This document shows positions 1-11,675 of a DNA stretch of 64,000 nucleotides, piece after piece. A model generated the notes under the pieces. That model was not told where the DNA came from. It made no database searches and saw only the letters and a list, made by a program, of their open reading frames with translations. The DNA is taken from the NCBI RefSeq assembly GCF_963921235.1, contig NC_086108.1, positions 13,702,001 to 13,766,000 on the forward strand, written 5' to 3'. Made by a program: the position numbers and the translations under genes. How positions within the stretch are numbered: the first letter of the stretch is position 1; each line of letters opens with the position of its first letter. Origin of the DNA: Mobula hypostoma (taxonomy: Eukaryota).

Positions 1-936
1 TAATATTTCTAACAAAAGGCAAGGCCACCCAATCAACCAACTCGTTGGGATATTTCAAACTATTTTATTCATTGAAAGATTCAGCACGGTAACAGGCGCT
101 TCTGACTCAACAACCCTGCATTGCCCAATTACACCCATGCGACAATTAACCCACTAATCCATACAGATTTAGAATGCAAGAAGAAACTGGAGCATCTGGA
201 GGCCACAATAAAGTGGCCACCGAGAGAAAAGTAGTGGGCACAACACTAAGCCCTATGGATCACCAGATACCAGCAAGCAACCAGAGAGGCCCCTTTGTTC
301 ACATTCTGCCTTTTGCCAGTCAGCCAATCCTCTGTCTGTGCTAGCATCTTTCCTGTAAAGTTGGGCTCTTATTTTAACAGCCTCATGCATGGCATATTGT
401 TCAAGGCCTTTTAAAAATCCAAGTAAACAACATCCACCGAGTCTCCTTTGTCTATTCTGTCTGTAATTTCCTCAAAGATTTCCAACAGATTGACAAACAA
501 GATTTTCCCATGCTGACGTCAGCCTCATCTATCATGCACCTCCAAGTACCCTGAGACTTCATCCTTAATAATGGATTCAAACATCTTGCCAATCACCGAA
601 GCCAGGCTAACTGGCCTATAATTTCCTGTCTTTTGTTTTCCTTCCTTCTTGGAGTAATGACATTAAGAACGACAGCATGACAAGCCAAATAACTAAAAGG
701 CAATTAGTCTAATATCAGTAGTGGTGAGGGACAGAATCAACCAGCATATAGACAAAGTATGATTAGGAGTTAGCAAAGGCGTTGTGCACGGAAGTCTTGC
801 TTGATACACCTTTTAGAACTTTTAAAAGAATGAAAAAAAAGAAATATGAGGGCAGAACAGTGCATGCTGTCTATCACGAGTAAACTCACCAAACCTCTGA
901 CTCAGGAAGTTAATGTCTGCTTCTGCAAATGGATGC

Positions 937-1217
937 AACACACATAAAAGTTGCTGGTGAACGCAGCAGGCCAGGCAGCATCTCTAGGAAGAGGTACAGT
1001 CGACGTTTTGGGCCGAGTCCCTTCATCAGGACTAACTGAAAGTAGTTAGTCCTTCTTTCACATTGTTACTTCTTTCAGTTAGTCCTGACGAAGGGTCTCG
1101 GTCCAAAACGTCGACTGTACCTCTTCCTAGAGATGCTGCCTGGCCTGCTGCGTTCACCAGCAACTTTTATGTGTGTTGCTTGAAATTCCACCATCTGCAG
1201 ATTTCCTCGTGTTTGCG
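937..1217. mobile_element. Penelope-derived fold-back mini-element
   Basis: 106-bp inverted arms 937-1042 / 1072-1177 with about 3 mismatches; 16-bp TSD TTCTGCAAATGGATGC (921-936, 1218-1233); similar to the 3' end of the Penelope element at 60760-60860. Confidence 0.85.
1081..1116 (+). ncRNA. Hammerhead-ribozyme-like motif (minimal type I, Penelope-associated; G12 mutated)
   Basis: AGTC-CTGACGA-AGGGTCTCGGTCC-AAAAC-GTC-GACT; inverted copy at 998-1033. Confidence 0.55.
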
Positions 1218-2659
1218 TTCTGCAAATGGATGCTTGATTTTCTAAAGAACAGTCTACAGTCAGTAAAGGTAAGCAGCAACACCTTGTCACAATTATTCTA
1301 AACACTGGTGCTACACAAGATTAAGTCCTCACACCCCTACTCTACTCCCACTGATATGAGTGTGCAGCCACATTCTGCTCTAACTCCATCTGTAAGTTTG
1401 CAGGTAATAATACTATAGTGGAACACATCTCAAATAACAGTGAGTTTACGTACAGGAAGGAGAAACCGCTTCATGACAACCACCTCAATGTCAACGAGAG
1501 TTGGTAATGGTATATGTGACAATAATAAACTAATATCATTTGAAGTTTGGCAAAGCCTTCAAGGCCCTGCACAGTAGGCTGCTCTGGAAGGTTAGATCCC
1601 ATGGAATCCAGCTGGAGTTAGCTAGGCACTATGAAAATTAACTTTGAGACTGGAAGCTTAGGGTGGTGGTTGAAAGTTGTTACATGGAATGGACACTGGT
1701 GACTTGCCAGAGTGATAGGTATTCCTTGCATATAAAAATGATTAGAATGGTGAATTGATGACTCTTTATATAAATTATTTGATTGCAAAGCCACGGGGCT
1801 TGATCAGCAAGTTTGACTAATGGAAAGCATCACAGATAATGTTAAAAAAAAAATATTCAGCATGCTGGCTTTCATCAGCAAGGGCAGTGAATATAAAAGT
1901 TGGGACATTATTTTGCAGTTATATAATTTATAGAATTTTGCACAGAATTTTGTCATGTTGTTATAGGAAAGATGGGGTTAAACTAGAAAGTACAGAAAAA
2001 TTTACAAGGATGTCCCAGGACTCCACAGCCTGAGTAATAGGGAGAGGCTGGCCAGGCTAGGTCTTTCTTCTTTGGTGCGTAGAGAATGAGGGACAAACTT
2101 ATAGAAATGTTTAAAGCTATGAAGGGCTTAAAAGAGGTTCATGGTAACAATCTTTTCCCCAGGCTGGAGGAGTTGAAAACTAAAGGAAATAGATTGAGGG
2201 TGAGAGGGGAAACATTTAAAAGGCAATATGTGATATATGGAATGAGCTGCCACAGGAAGTATCATTTAAGAACGAGTTGGACTAATACATGAAGGGAGAG
2301 GCAGGGAGGAGTATGGACCAAAACAGGAAATTTGGACGAGGTGGGTGGGACTCGTGACCATGGACCCAAAGGGCCGAGGTCTCTACATTCATAATGTACT
2401 GCTCGATGACTCTGTAACATAGTAACAGGCCCAATGGCTCTTCACGTTGATCCATATACATTTAGAAATGTGACAGTCTGTGCAACCACCGCCCTCTCAG
2501 GTATGTTTCCGTTCATACCTTCACCAAACAAAAGTCTTGATCACTGCATCTCCTCAGCAGCATTTGCTGTCCAAACTTGCCCAGGTGTCTGGTCAACACA
2601 AACCCTCTTCCTGCTCATCCACTGCACCGGGAACTAGACAGTGATTACCAAACATGATC

Positions 2660-3750
2660 CACAGTGAGGCCGGGGATGCTCCGCTAAGCCGCCAGCAGAC
2701 AACCCTTAGTGTCCGAGGCGTGGGCAGACAAGAGACGGAGCTGCTCTTACATACCGGCTCGGATCTTCCTCCTTCCCCTTAGTCGTCGCTGCGGGGTGAG
2801 GCTGACTCCCAAGCCGGGGAGTCTCATGCGGCCCGTAAGTAGGTGTGGGGCTGATACCGCAACCCGAAGTCTAATGCCAAGGGCCGGGGCAACAAGCCAG
2901 GCTCGAGTCGCCCAGTGCCGGAGAGGAGTCTTGTCTCCTCACACTCGCCCCCCACTCCTCCCCCTCCCTCTCTCCCCAATTAGTCCCCATCCCCATGCCC
3001 TCCACGCCTCACCACACGAAGTCGCTGTTCTTGTCCTCGTACGAGTTCACTAGGCCATTGAGGAGCGGCCGCTTCTTGCTGCCAGAAGCAGGCGTCTTGC
3101 CGGGCCCGCGGCTGCTGCCCGGGGCGGGGGCCGAGCCGGGAGCAGAGGCGCCGCCCACCGAGCCAGGCCCAGTACCGGTCCCGGGCTGTGGGCTCGAGCT
3201 GTGGCGGTTACTCGCCATGTCCGCGCTCGGCACAGCACAACACCGCCAACCGCCGGAAGGTGAGTGCACGGCATCCTGGGAGTCGTAGTCCATGTCCGGA
3301 AGTGGTGAAGCAGGAAGGGCAGGAGATGGAGGTGGGAGGGAATGTATGGGCTCGGTGGTGCCTGCTGTGGGCAGGACTTACCAGGAGCGGTCCTGGCCAG
3401 TGTAGAACGAGAACTGGGCGAAGAATGCAGCGTTATATGGGCGGGGCAAGATAAATGTAGGTGGGGGTTAGGTCTGTGCCCCCAGATTTGCTGCAGAGGT
3501 ACGACTATTTCCAATAACCACAAAAAAATGGAAAGAGCAGGAGCTCTTACTGAATCTTCTGGGGTGAGGGCGGAGGCGCTGTCCGTGCAGGACAGTAGGA
3601 TCTTAGCACCTCTGGCTTTTCTGGTGTCCTCTCGGCCTTAATAACTCACCTCGGGAGAACGAGATGTGGACGTCGAGTCACTTCGAGCGATGCCGTTGCC
3701 AATGATTCTGCCTCATCTTTGCCACTTACAAGCGAGCATCTATTAGAATC
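2660..3750. promoter_or_regulatory. CpG island / COP1 promoter with ZNF143(Staf)-type, ETS and GC-box motifs
   Basis: High GC/CpG; minus-strand GACTACGACTCCCAGGATGCC (3290-3270); CCGGAAGTG 3296-3304; GGGCGGGGC 3439-3447. Confidence 0.75.
3013..3218 (-). CDS. COP1: COP1 (RFWD2) E3 ubiquitin ligase exon 1; gene continues beyond the left edge
   Basis: G/S/P-rich N-terminus then SKKRPLLNGLVNSYEDKNSDFV(C), like human [26 protein letters not shown]; phase-2 donor TG|GTGAGG inside the first RING Cys codon; ATG at 3218 in GACATGG context (in-frame alternative ATG at 3293). Confidence 0.92.
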
Positions 3751-5066
3751 AGGCTTATTATCACTGACGTACGTCGTGAAATGTGTGGTTTTGCGGTAGC
3801 GGTGCAATACATAAAATGATCAATACATAGTGCAAAAAGAGAGCAAAATGAGGTAGCGTTCGTAGATCATTCAGAGATCTAATGGCGGAAAGAGAGAAGC
3901 TGTTCCTAAAACATTGTGTGCGCGTCTTCGGAGTCGTGTACTGTACTTCCTTCTTGATGATAGTAATAAGAGGGCATAACTTGGCAGATGGGGGTCGCTA
4001 AAAATGGATGCTTCCGTTTTGAGGCACCGCCCTTTGAAGGTGTCCTTGATGGAGGGAGGCGAATGCCCAAGGTAAAGCTAGATGAAACCCCCTGAAGCTT
4101 TTTTTCTTATTATGTAGCAGCTTCCATACTTGACAGTGATACAATAAATCAGAATACCCTCCCCAGTACATCTGTACGTATTTTCTAGTTATTGGTGACA
4201 TAAGACATGGGAGCAGATTTGGGCCATTCAATCATGGCTAATGCTTCTTTACCCCTCCTCAGCCCCACTCCCCAGCCTTCTCCCCATAACCTTTGATGCC
4301 ATAACCAATCAAGAACCTATCAAACTCTGCCTTAAATACACCCAACGACTGGGCCTCCACAGCTGTCTCTGGTAATAAATTCCACAAATTCACCACCCTC
4401 TGGCTAAAGAAATTGCTCAGCATTTTTGTTTTGAATGGACGCCCCTCTATCCTGAGGCAGTGCCCTCTTGTCCTAGACTCTCCCACCATGAGAAACATCC
4501 TTTCCACATCTACTCTGTCTAGGCCTTTCAACATTAGAAAGGTTTCAATGAGATCCCCCCTTATTCTTCATCGAGTACAGACCCAGAGCTATCAAATGTT
4601 CCTCATATGATAACCATTCTCGGAATCGTCCTTGTGAATCTCCTCTGGACCCTCCCCAATGCCAGCGCATCTTTTCTTAGATGAGGAGCCCAAAACTGTT
4701 CACAATACTTAAGTGTGAAGAACACAACAGTGTTCATTGAGGAGTTAGCAATGGTAAGGGTGAGCAGCTTCAAGCTGAGTGTCAGCTTCTCAGAAGGTCT
4801 ATCCTAGGCCCAACAGAAGAATACTTAAGGTGAGGCCTTATAAAGCCTCAGCATCACATCCCTGTTCTTATATGCTAGACCTCTTGAGATGATTGCTAAA
4901 ATTGCATTTGCCTTCCTCACCACTAACTCTACCTGCAAGTTAACCTTTAGGTTGGTCTGCACAAGGATTCCCAATGTTACATGCCTCAAGGAGATTTTTT
5001 CTTTTTTTTTGTATAAGTTGTTAAAATTTTCTTCTTTAAGAGACCAAATTTTTTTTTGGAGGGAGG

Positions 5067-5946
5067 TGTTACATGCCTCAAGGAGATCCGTGTTTTTTTG
5101 TGAGAATGATGTAATGGTCTTTTGGAGGTCACCTGATGTAATTTTCCCGCCGATGTGAGGTCATGTGATGACATGTGCACCACGGGTATATAAGGGAAGA
5201 CCCCAGATGACACAGTTAGTTTTTAGTTTTTAGATTTCCAGCTAGAACGTACTGTGTCTCTGTTTCTGTTGCGTATTTGTTTTTATGACGCAGTTTCATT
5301 TTTAAAACGGTTGTACGTTCTGTTGCAAGGTACAATATTACTGGACTGGAAATTTTTGGCTAGATGTGCTGATGTACCTTATTCCAGCAGTAGAAGAGAG
5401 AGTGAAGACTTTATCAAAGTACAGGATCCGAAGGATTGAGAGGAGTCGGTATCGTTCGGCAGTTTAACAAAGGATCGACCTTATTGAGTCTTTGTTGAAG
5501 GAGTAGTGACCTGCATCAACGATAACTCTTGCCAAAAGAGCAAGGAGTTCATGCGGGATTTGCTCTCTAGAAGAATTTACAGTCAGTTGTATTAAACTGT
5601 TTATTTTCGGCATGGTGAATCCTGTGGACAGAACCAGCAGGAAAGTCGCTTCTATGAAGAAATCCTTCTCCAGAGAAGTCTCTCCCAACTGAACGTATAA
5701 GTTTGTTGGACTTTCGAATTTACCATTTTAAGAACCATATCTGACTTTACCACTTTAAGAACTGTTTTCACATTTAACGTTTTAAGAACCAGGGCCGAGT
5801 GACTATTTGTTGAACGGCTGCATAACGGTTAACTTCCAGTTAAGGTTTTTGTTTGTTTTTTTATCGTTTATCCGTGTTTAATAAATGTTTGGTTGTTTTT
5901 ATATAAACTGTCTCGATTGATATTCATTGTTGCCAGTTACGTAACA
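5067..5946 (+). repeat. 5' LTR of Gmr1-like element
   Basis: TGTTAC...GTAACA ends; direct repeat of 10804-11675, roughly 95% identical by eye; TATATAA and AATAAA inside. Confidence 0.95.
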
Positions 5947-5953
5947 TAATCTG

Positions 5954-5963
5954 TGGGGGCTCG
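5954..5963 (+). promoter_or_regulatory. Primer-binding site, tRNA-Pro type
   Basis: TGGGGGCTCG is complementary to the tRNA-Pro 3' end (CGAGCCCCCA); starts after a 7-nt gap from the LTR end. Confidence 0.7.
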
Positions 5964-8900
5964 CGGGAGATGTTCCGATTTTGAGTTTAAGTGCTGGTAA
6001 TTGCCATTTTTATTTGGAAAAGGAAACTACTAGTTTTTTTTTGTTTGATTGGTGTATGAGTGGTATTCGGCAACAATGACTATTGATAGGTTTATGGACA
6101 CGCCTGACGCGGGGTCTTTAGAGAATGCGAGAAAACCTGAGGTATTGAAGATTGCTGGGAGGTTGGATATTAAAGGAATTACAAAGAATTCCACCAAGGC
6201 TTTCATACAAAGAAAAATCGCTGAGCATTATATAACTTTGAAACTGTTTGATGAAGAGGTGTTAGATAGGATTCCAATGAGTAATCTGGAAATGCAGTTA
6301 CATCTTGAACAGTTAAAGTTTGAAAGATTTAAAGCAGAAATGGCTGAAAGAGAGGCTAATAAAATAAGGGAATTTGAAGAAAGAGAAGCTGAAAACCAGA
6401 GGAAATTTGAGCTAGAGATGCAGAAATTAAAGTCCAGGAATCAGTCTTCTGGTTCTACGAAACAGTTTATTGCTAGTCGTGTGGTTATTTTGGCTCCTCC
6501 ATTTAATGAAGCTGAAGTGGACAAATATTTCCAGCATTTCGAAACTGTTGCTCTAAGTTTAAAGTGGCCGAAAGAGCAATGGCCAGTGATGTTACAAAGT
6601 GTAATTAAAGGCAAGGCACAACAAGTTTATACAGCTTTAAATGCTGATCAAGCACTGGATTATGATATTGTTAAGCAGCATATTTTAAAGGCATATGAGA
6701 TGGTTCCGGAAGCATATAGAGAAAGATTCAGAAATTTGAAGAAATCTGTGGAAAAAACTTATGTGGAATTTGTCTATGAGAAGTCTGTTTTGAGAGATGG
6801 GTTTCCTCTAAAAATGTGAATGGGGGGTATAATAAATTAAAAGAGTTGATTTTGCAGGAGGAATTTAAAAGAAGCATTACTGTTGAAGTGAGAACATACT
6901 TAAATGAACGGGACACTGCTACATTGCAGGAGGTTGCTAAATTAGCTGATGAGTATATTTAATTCATAAGAATAAATTTTCTCCAGGTAAAACTTTTAAA
7001 AGGAAAAATAGCACAAAGAGTCAAGGTAAACCAGAAATTAGACCTGAAGTTAGTGAGAAAAGTAAGGATGAAGGGAGACATGTGAAGGAAAGACATTTTG
7101 GTATTAATTGTAATTATTGTAAGAAACCTGGACATGTAGTAGCTAATTGCTTTCGATTGAAAAGGAAAGAGAAAGAAGTGGCCCCAGATGCTTGTGTGCA
7201 GCATATTGAAAAACCTGTAAAGCCACAGGGTTCAGAAAATATTAATGAAGATGTGTCAGAGTCTGACCAAGTTAAGAGGGGAGATGAAATTTTATAACAG
7301 AAGGATTTGCATCCTTGAAAGAAGGATCCAATTCAGTACCAATAAGGATACTTAGAGATACTGGAGCTTCTCAATCACTAATATTAGACAGTGCGCTAGT
7401 TTAGTGATGAATCTGACATTGCTGAGGTAAATTATATAAGAGGAGTTGGGAGTGCCCTTATGCCAGTACATTTACATAGAGTAAATTTAAGGTCAGGATT
7501 AGTTATAGGGGTTGTTAAAGTAGGACTACAATCCAGTTTACCTGTGAATGATGTTTCTCTTTTGTTAGGGAGTGATTTAGCAGGTGGACAAGTTTTTCCT
7601 GAAGTGCATTTGACAATAATTTCAAATTCTGAGGAACCACAGAGGGATTCTAACACAGATTCTTCCTGTGCTGTAACAAGAGCTATGGCTAAAAATACTG
7701 ATATACAGGTTGAGGTTGTTACCCATGATTGTTCAAATCAAGATTCAAATTTTGAGGATGTATCAGAAACTTTCTTACCTACACTGTTTGATCAGGATTT
7801 TGGTGGTAAATCTGACCAGAAAGATTTGTCTTTATCTCGGAAGGAGATGATAGCAGAGCAGGGTAGAGATCCTGAGATAGTTAAATTGAAAGAACAAGCT
7901 CTTCGAGATAGTGAAATTGAAAAAGTACCAGGAGGATATTATTTTGAAAATGGGGTATTAATGAGAAAGTGGAGATCGCCTACAATTCCTGCTAGTGAGG
8001 AATGGGAAGTTAATCATCAGGTAGTAGTTCCTAAAATTTACCGAAATGAGATTTTAACTATGGCTCATAGCATTCCTTTGGGTGGTCATTTAGGTGTAAA
8101 GAAAACTATGAACAAAGTTTCTAAACATTTTTATTGGCCTAGTTTAAGACAAGATGTGGCGACATTTTGTAGAACGTGTCATACGTGTCAAATTGTGGGT
8201 GAACCTAATCAGGTTACTCCAGTGGCCCTACTGCAACCAATTCCAGTATTCAGTGAGCCGTTCTCAAAAATCATTGTAGACTGTGTAGGTCCTTTGCCAA
8301 AATCTAAAACTAGACATCAATATTTATTAACCATTATGTGCACAGCGTCTAGGTTTCCAGAGGCAGTACCTCTTAGGAATATAACAGCCAAAACTGTGAC
8401 AAAGGCTCTTATAAAATTCTTTACTTATTTTGGGTTGCCTAAGGAAATACAATCAGATCAAGGTAGTAATTTTATGTCTGGGTTGTTTCAGCAGATAGTT
8501 TATAAACTGGGAGCAAAACAGATTATTTCATCAGCCTATCATCCAGAATCACAAGGAGCCTTGGAGAGATTTCATTCTGCACTAAAAACTATGATTAGGA
8601 CATAATGTGTGGAAAATGAAAAGGACTGGGATGAACGTATACATTTACTACTTTTTGCAGTACGAGAGGCAGTACAGGAATCGTTAGGTTTTAGTCCTTT
8701 CGAACTTGTGTCTGAGCATAGAGTTCGAGGACCTTTGGCCTTGTTGAATGAACAGTGGATTAATAAAGAAGTACACACTAATTTGCTGGATTATGTTTTA
8801 GATTTTAAAGAAAGATTGTATAGAGCTTGTAGCTTGGCCAAGGAAATTTTAAAGTTAGCTCAAGAGAAGATGAAGACTTGGTATGATAAGGAAGGTAGGA

Positions 8901-10803
8901 TAAGGTCATTTAAACCTGGAGATAAGGTATTGGTTCTTTTCCCAGTGCAAACGAACCCATTACAAGTCAAATTTCATGGTCCTTTTGAGATTAAATCTAA
9001 AGGAAATGATGTAGATTACGTGGTAAACACCCCAGATCGGAGAAAGACAACACAGCAAATATGATAAAACCGTATTATGAAAGAGAAGCTGCTACTATGA
9101 CTGTTGTGATTAATAATGAGTCTGATCTTGATAAAAACTTAATGGAGGATTCATCTGAAACTCAGTTTAGACCCAACATTATTTCAACCAGGTTACCAAA
9201 TTCAAAAATTCTAGAAGATATTGATGAAAAATTAGTTCATTTACAGCCAGAGCAGAGAGAGCAGATGAAACAGTTAATTTTTAAATATAGAGATTTATTT
9301 CCAGACGTCCCTAGAAGAACCACCGTAGCTACGCATGATGTAGATGCAAAACCCATGAAACAACATCCCTATCAAATGAACAGGGAAAAATGTGAACTTG
9401 CTGAACAAGAAATTAAGTGTATGTTAGAGAATGATGTTATTAGACATTCTAATTCGAATTGGAGTTCACCGTGTGTTATGGTGCCTAAGCCAGACCATGG
9501 TATTAGATTTTGTACGGATTACAGAAAGGTGAATGCTGTGACAAAGACCGATGCATAGCCAATGCCTAGGGTAGATGATTGTGTGGATAAAGTTGGACAG
9601 GCCAAATTCCTTACAAAAATTGATTTGTTAGAAGGTTATTGGTGTGTTCCATTGACAGATTCCATTTCAGCATTTGTAACCCCATCTGGGTTATATAAAT
9701 ATAATGTTCTTTCATTTGGGATGAAGAATGCACCAGGTACTTTTCAGAGGATGATTAATAGTGTGATTCACGGATTAAAAGATACAGATGCCTATATTGA
9801 TGATTTAGTTACAGGAAATAATACGTGGAAAGCGCATATTACTGCGGTGGAGAAACTATTTGAGAGACTTTCAAAAGCTAACTTAACTATTAACTTAGCT
9901 AAAAGTGAATTTGGTCATGCCACAGTGACTTACCTTGGTTATATTGTGGGTCAGGGAAAATTAGCACCTGTTCAAGCAAAAGTTCAGGCAATTTTAGAAG
10001 TACCCACTCCAACTGGTAGAAAAACTCTCAGAAGATTCTTGGGTGTGGTAGGATATTACAGAAAATTTTGTAAGGATTTTGCGAACATTGCTCTTCCATT
10101 AACTAATCTCTTGAAGAAAACTAAAAAGTTTGTTTGGACAGAGTCTTGTCAGGAGGCATTTGGTAAATTGAAAACTATAATATGTAGTCAACCTGTACTT
10201 AAATCTCCTGACTTTGAAAAACCATCTTCATTAGCTGTAGATGCTAGTGATGAAGCTGCAGGAGCAGTGTTACTCAAAGAGATGATGGTGATGAAGTTGA
10301 TTGTCCGGTAGCTTATTTTTCTAAGAAATTTAATGCCCATCAAAGAGATTATTTAACAATAGAAAAAGAATTGTTATCTCTTGTTTTAGCTTTACAACCT
10401 TTTGAAGTGTATGTTGGTACTACTCATAAACCATTCACAGTTTATACCGATTACAATCCGTTAGTGTTTTTGAGTAAGATGAAAAACAAAAATAGAAGAT
10501 TATTAAATTGGAGTTTAATTTTACAGGAGTACAATATTTTGATCACTCATATTAAGGGTAAAGATAATGTGATCGCTGATTGTTTATCTAGATGTTAAAT
10601 GTACAATGAAAATTTGTTTTTTATGGAGTGGTATTTTAACATTTGTAACACTCCTACTGTATATTAGTTTGTAAAGTGTTGAAAGGTGAGACTGTATATA
10701 TTGTGTATGTTGTAAATTTTATACCTTTGTATTTTTTTCTCTTTTTTTTGTATAAATTGTTAAAAATTTGTTCTTTAAGATACCAAATTTTTTTGGAAGG
10801 AGG

Positions 10804-11675
10804 TGTTACATACCTCAAGGAGATCTGTGATTTTTTTTGTGAGAATGATGTAATGGTCTTTTGGAGGTCACCTGATGTAATTTTCCTGCCGATGTGAGGT
10901 CACGTGATGACATGTGCACCACGGGTATATAAGGGAAGACCCCAGATGACGCAGTAAGTTTTTAGTTTTTAGATTTCCAGCTAGAAAGTACTGCGTCTCT
11001 GATTTGGTTGCGTATTTGTTTTTATGACGCAGTTTCGTTTTTAAAATGGTTGTTACGTTCTGTTGCAAAGTACAATATTACTGGACTGGAAATTTTTGGC
11101 TAGGTGTACTGATGTACCTTATTCCAGCAGTAGAAGGGAGAGTGAAGACTTTATCAAAGTACAGGACCCGAAGGATTGAGAGGAGTCGGTGTCGTTTGGC
11201 AGTTTAACAAAGGATCGACCTTATTGAGTCTTTGTTAAAGGAGTAGTGACCTGCATCGACGATAACTCTTGCTAAAAGAGCAAGGAGTTCATGCAGGATT
11301 TGCTTTCTAGAAGAATTTAAGGTCAGTTGTATTAAACTGTTTATTTTCGGCATGGTGAATCCTGTGGACAGAACCAGCAGGAAAGTCGCATCTATGAAGA
11401 AATCCTTCTCCAGAGAAGTCTCTCCCAATTGAACGTATAAATCTGTTGGACTTTCGAATTTACCATTTTAAGAACTATATCTGACGTTACCGCTTTAAGA
11501 ACTGTTTTCGCATTTAACGTTTAAGAACCAGTGCCGAGTGACTATTTGTTGAACGGCTGCATAACAGTTAACTTCCAGTTAAGGTTTTCGTTTGTTTTTT
11601 TATCGTTTATCCGTGTTTAATAAATGTTTGTTTGTTTTTATATAACCAGTCTCAACTGATATTCATTACGTAACA
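10804..11675 (+). repeat. 3' LTR of Gmr1-like element
   Basis: Preceded by PPT GGAAGGAGG (10795-10803); 10-bp deletion near its 3' end relative to the 5' LTR. Confidence 0.95.

Larger units (their letters stand above)
4975..11675 (+). mobile_element. Gmr1-like Ty3/gypsy LTR retrotransposon, full length, disrupted by stops and frameshifts
   Basis: 4-bp TSD CCAA (4971-4974, 11676-11679); LTRs 5067-5946 and 10804-11675 (TG...CA); gag with CCHC knuckle CNYCKKPGHVVANC; protease LRDTGASQS near 7350; integrase HHCC plus D,D,E in 7460-8605; RT YIDD in 9562-10311; RNase H to 10598. Confidence 0.95.

Noticed and set aside
2709..3641. Several overlapping ORFs around COP1 exon 1
   Set aside because: Expected by chance in a GC-rich island; no recognisable domains. 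The terminal W-stop of ORF 3009-3293 is intron sequence.
5464..5688. Duplicated 74-aa antisense ORF (also 11204-11428)
   Set aside because: Duplicated only because it lies in both LTRs; no evidence of coding function
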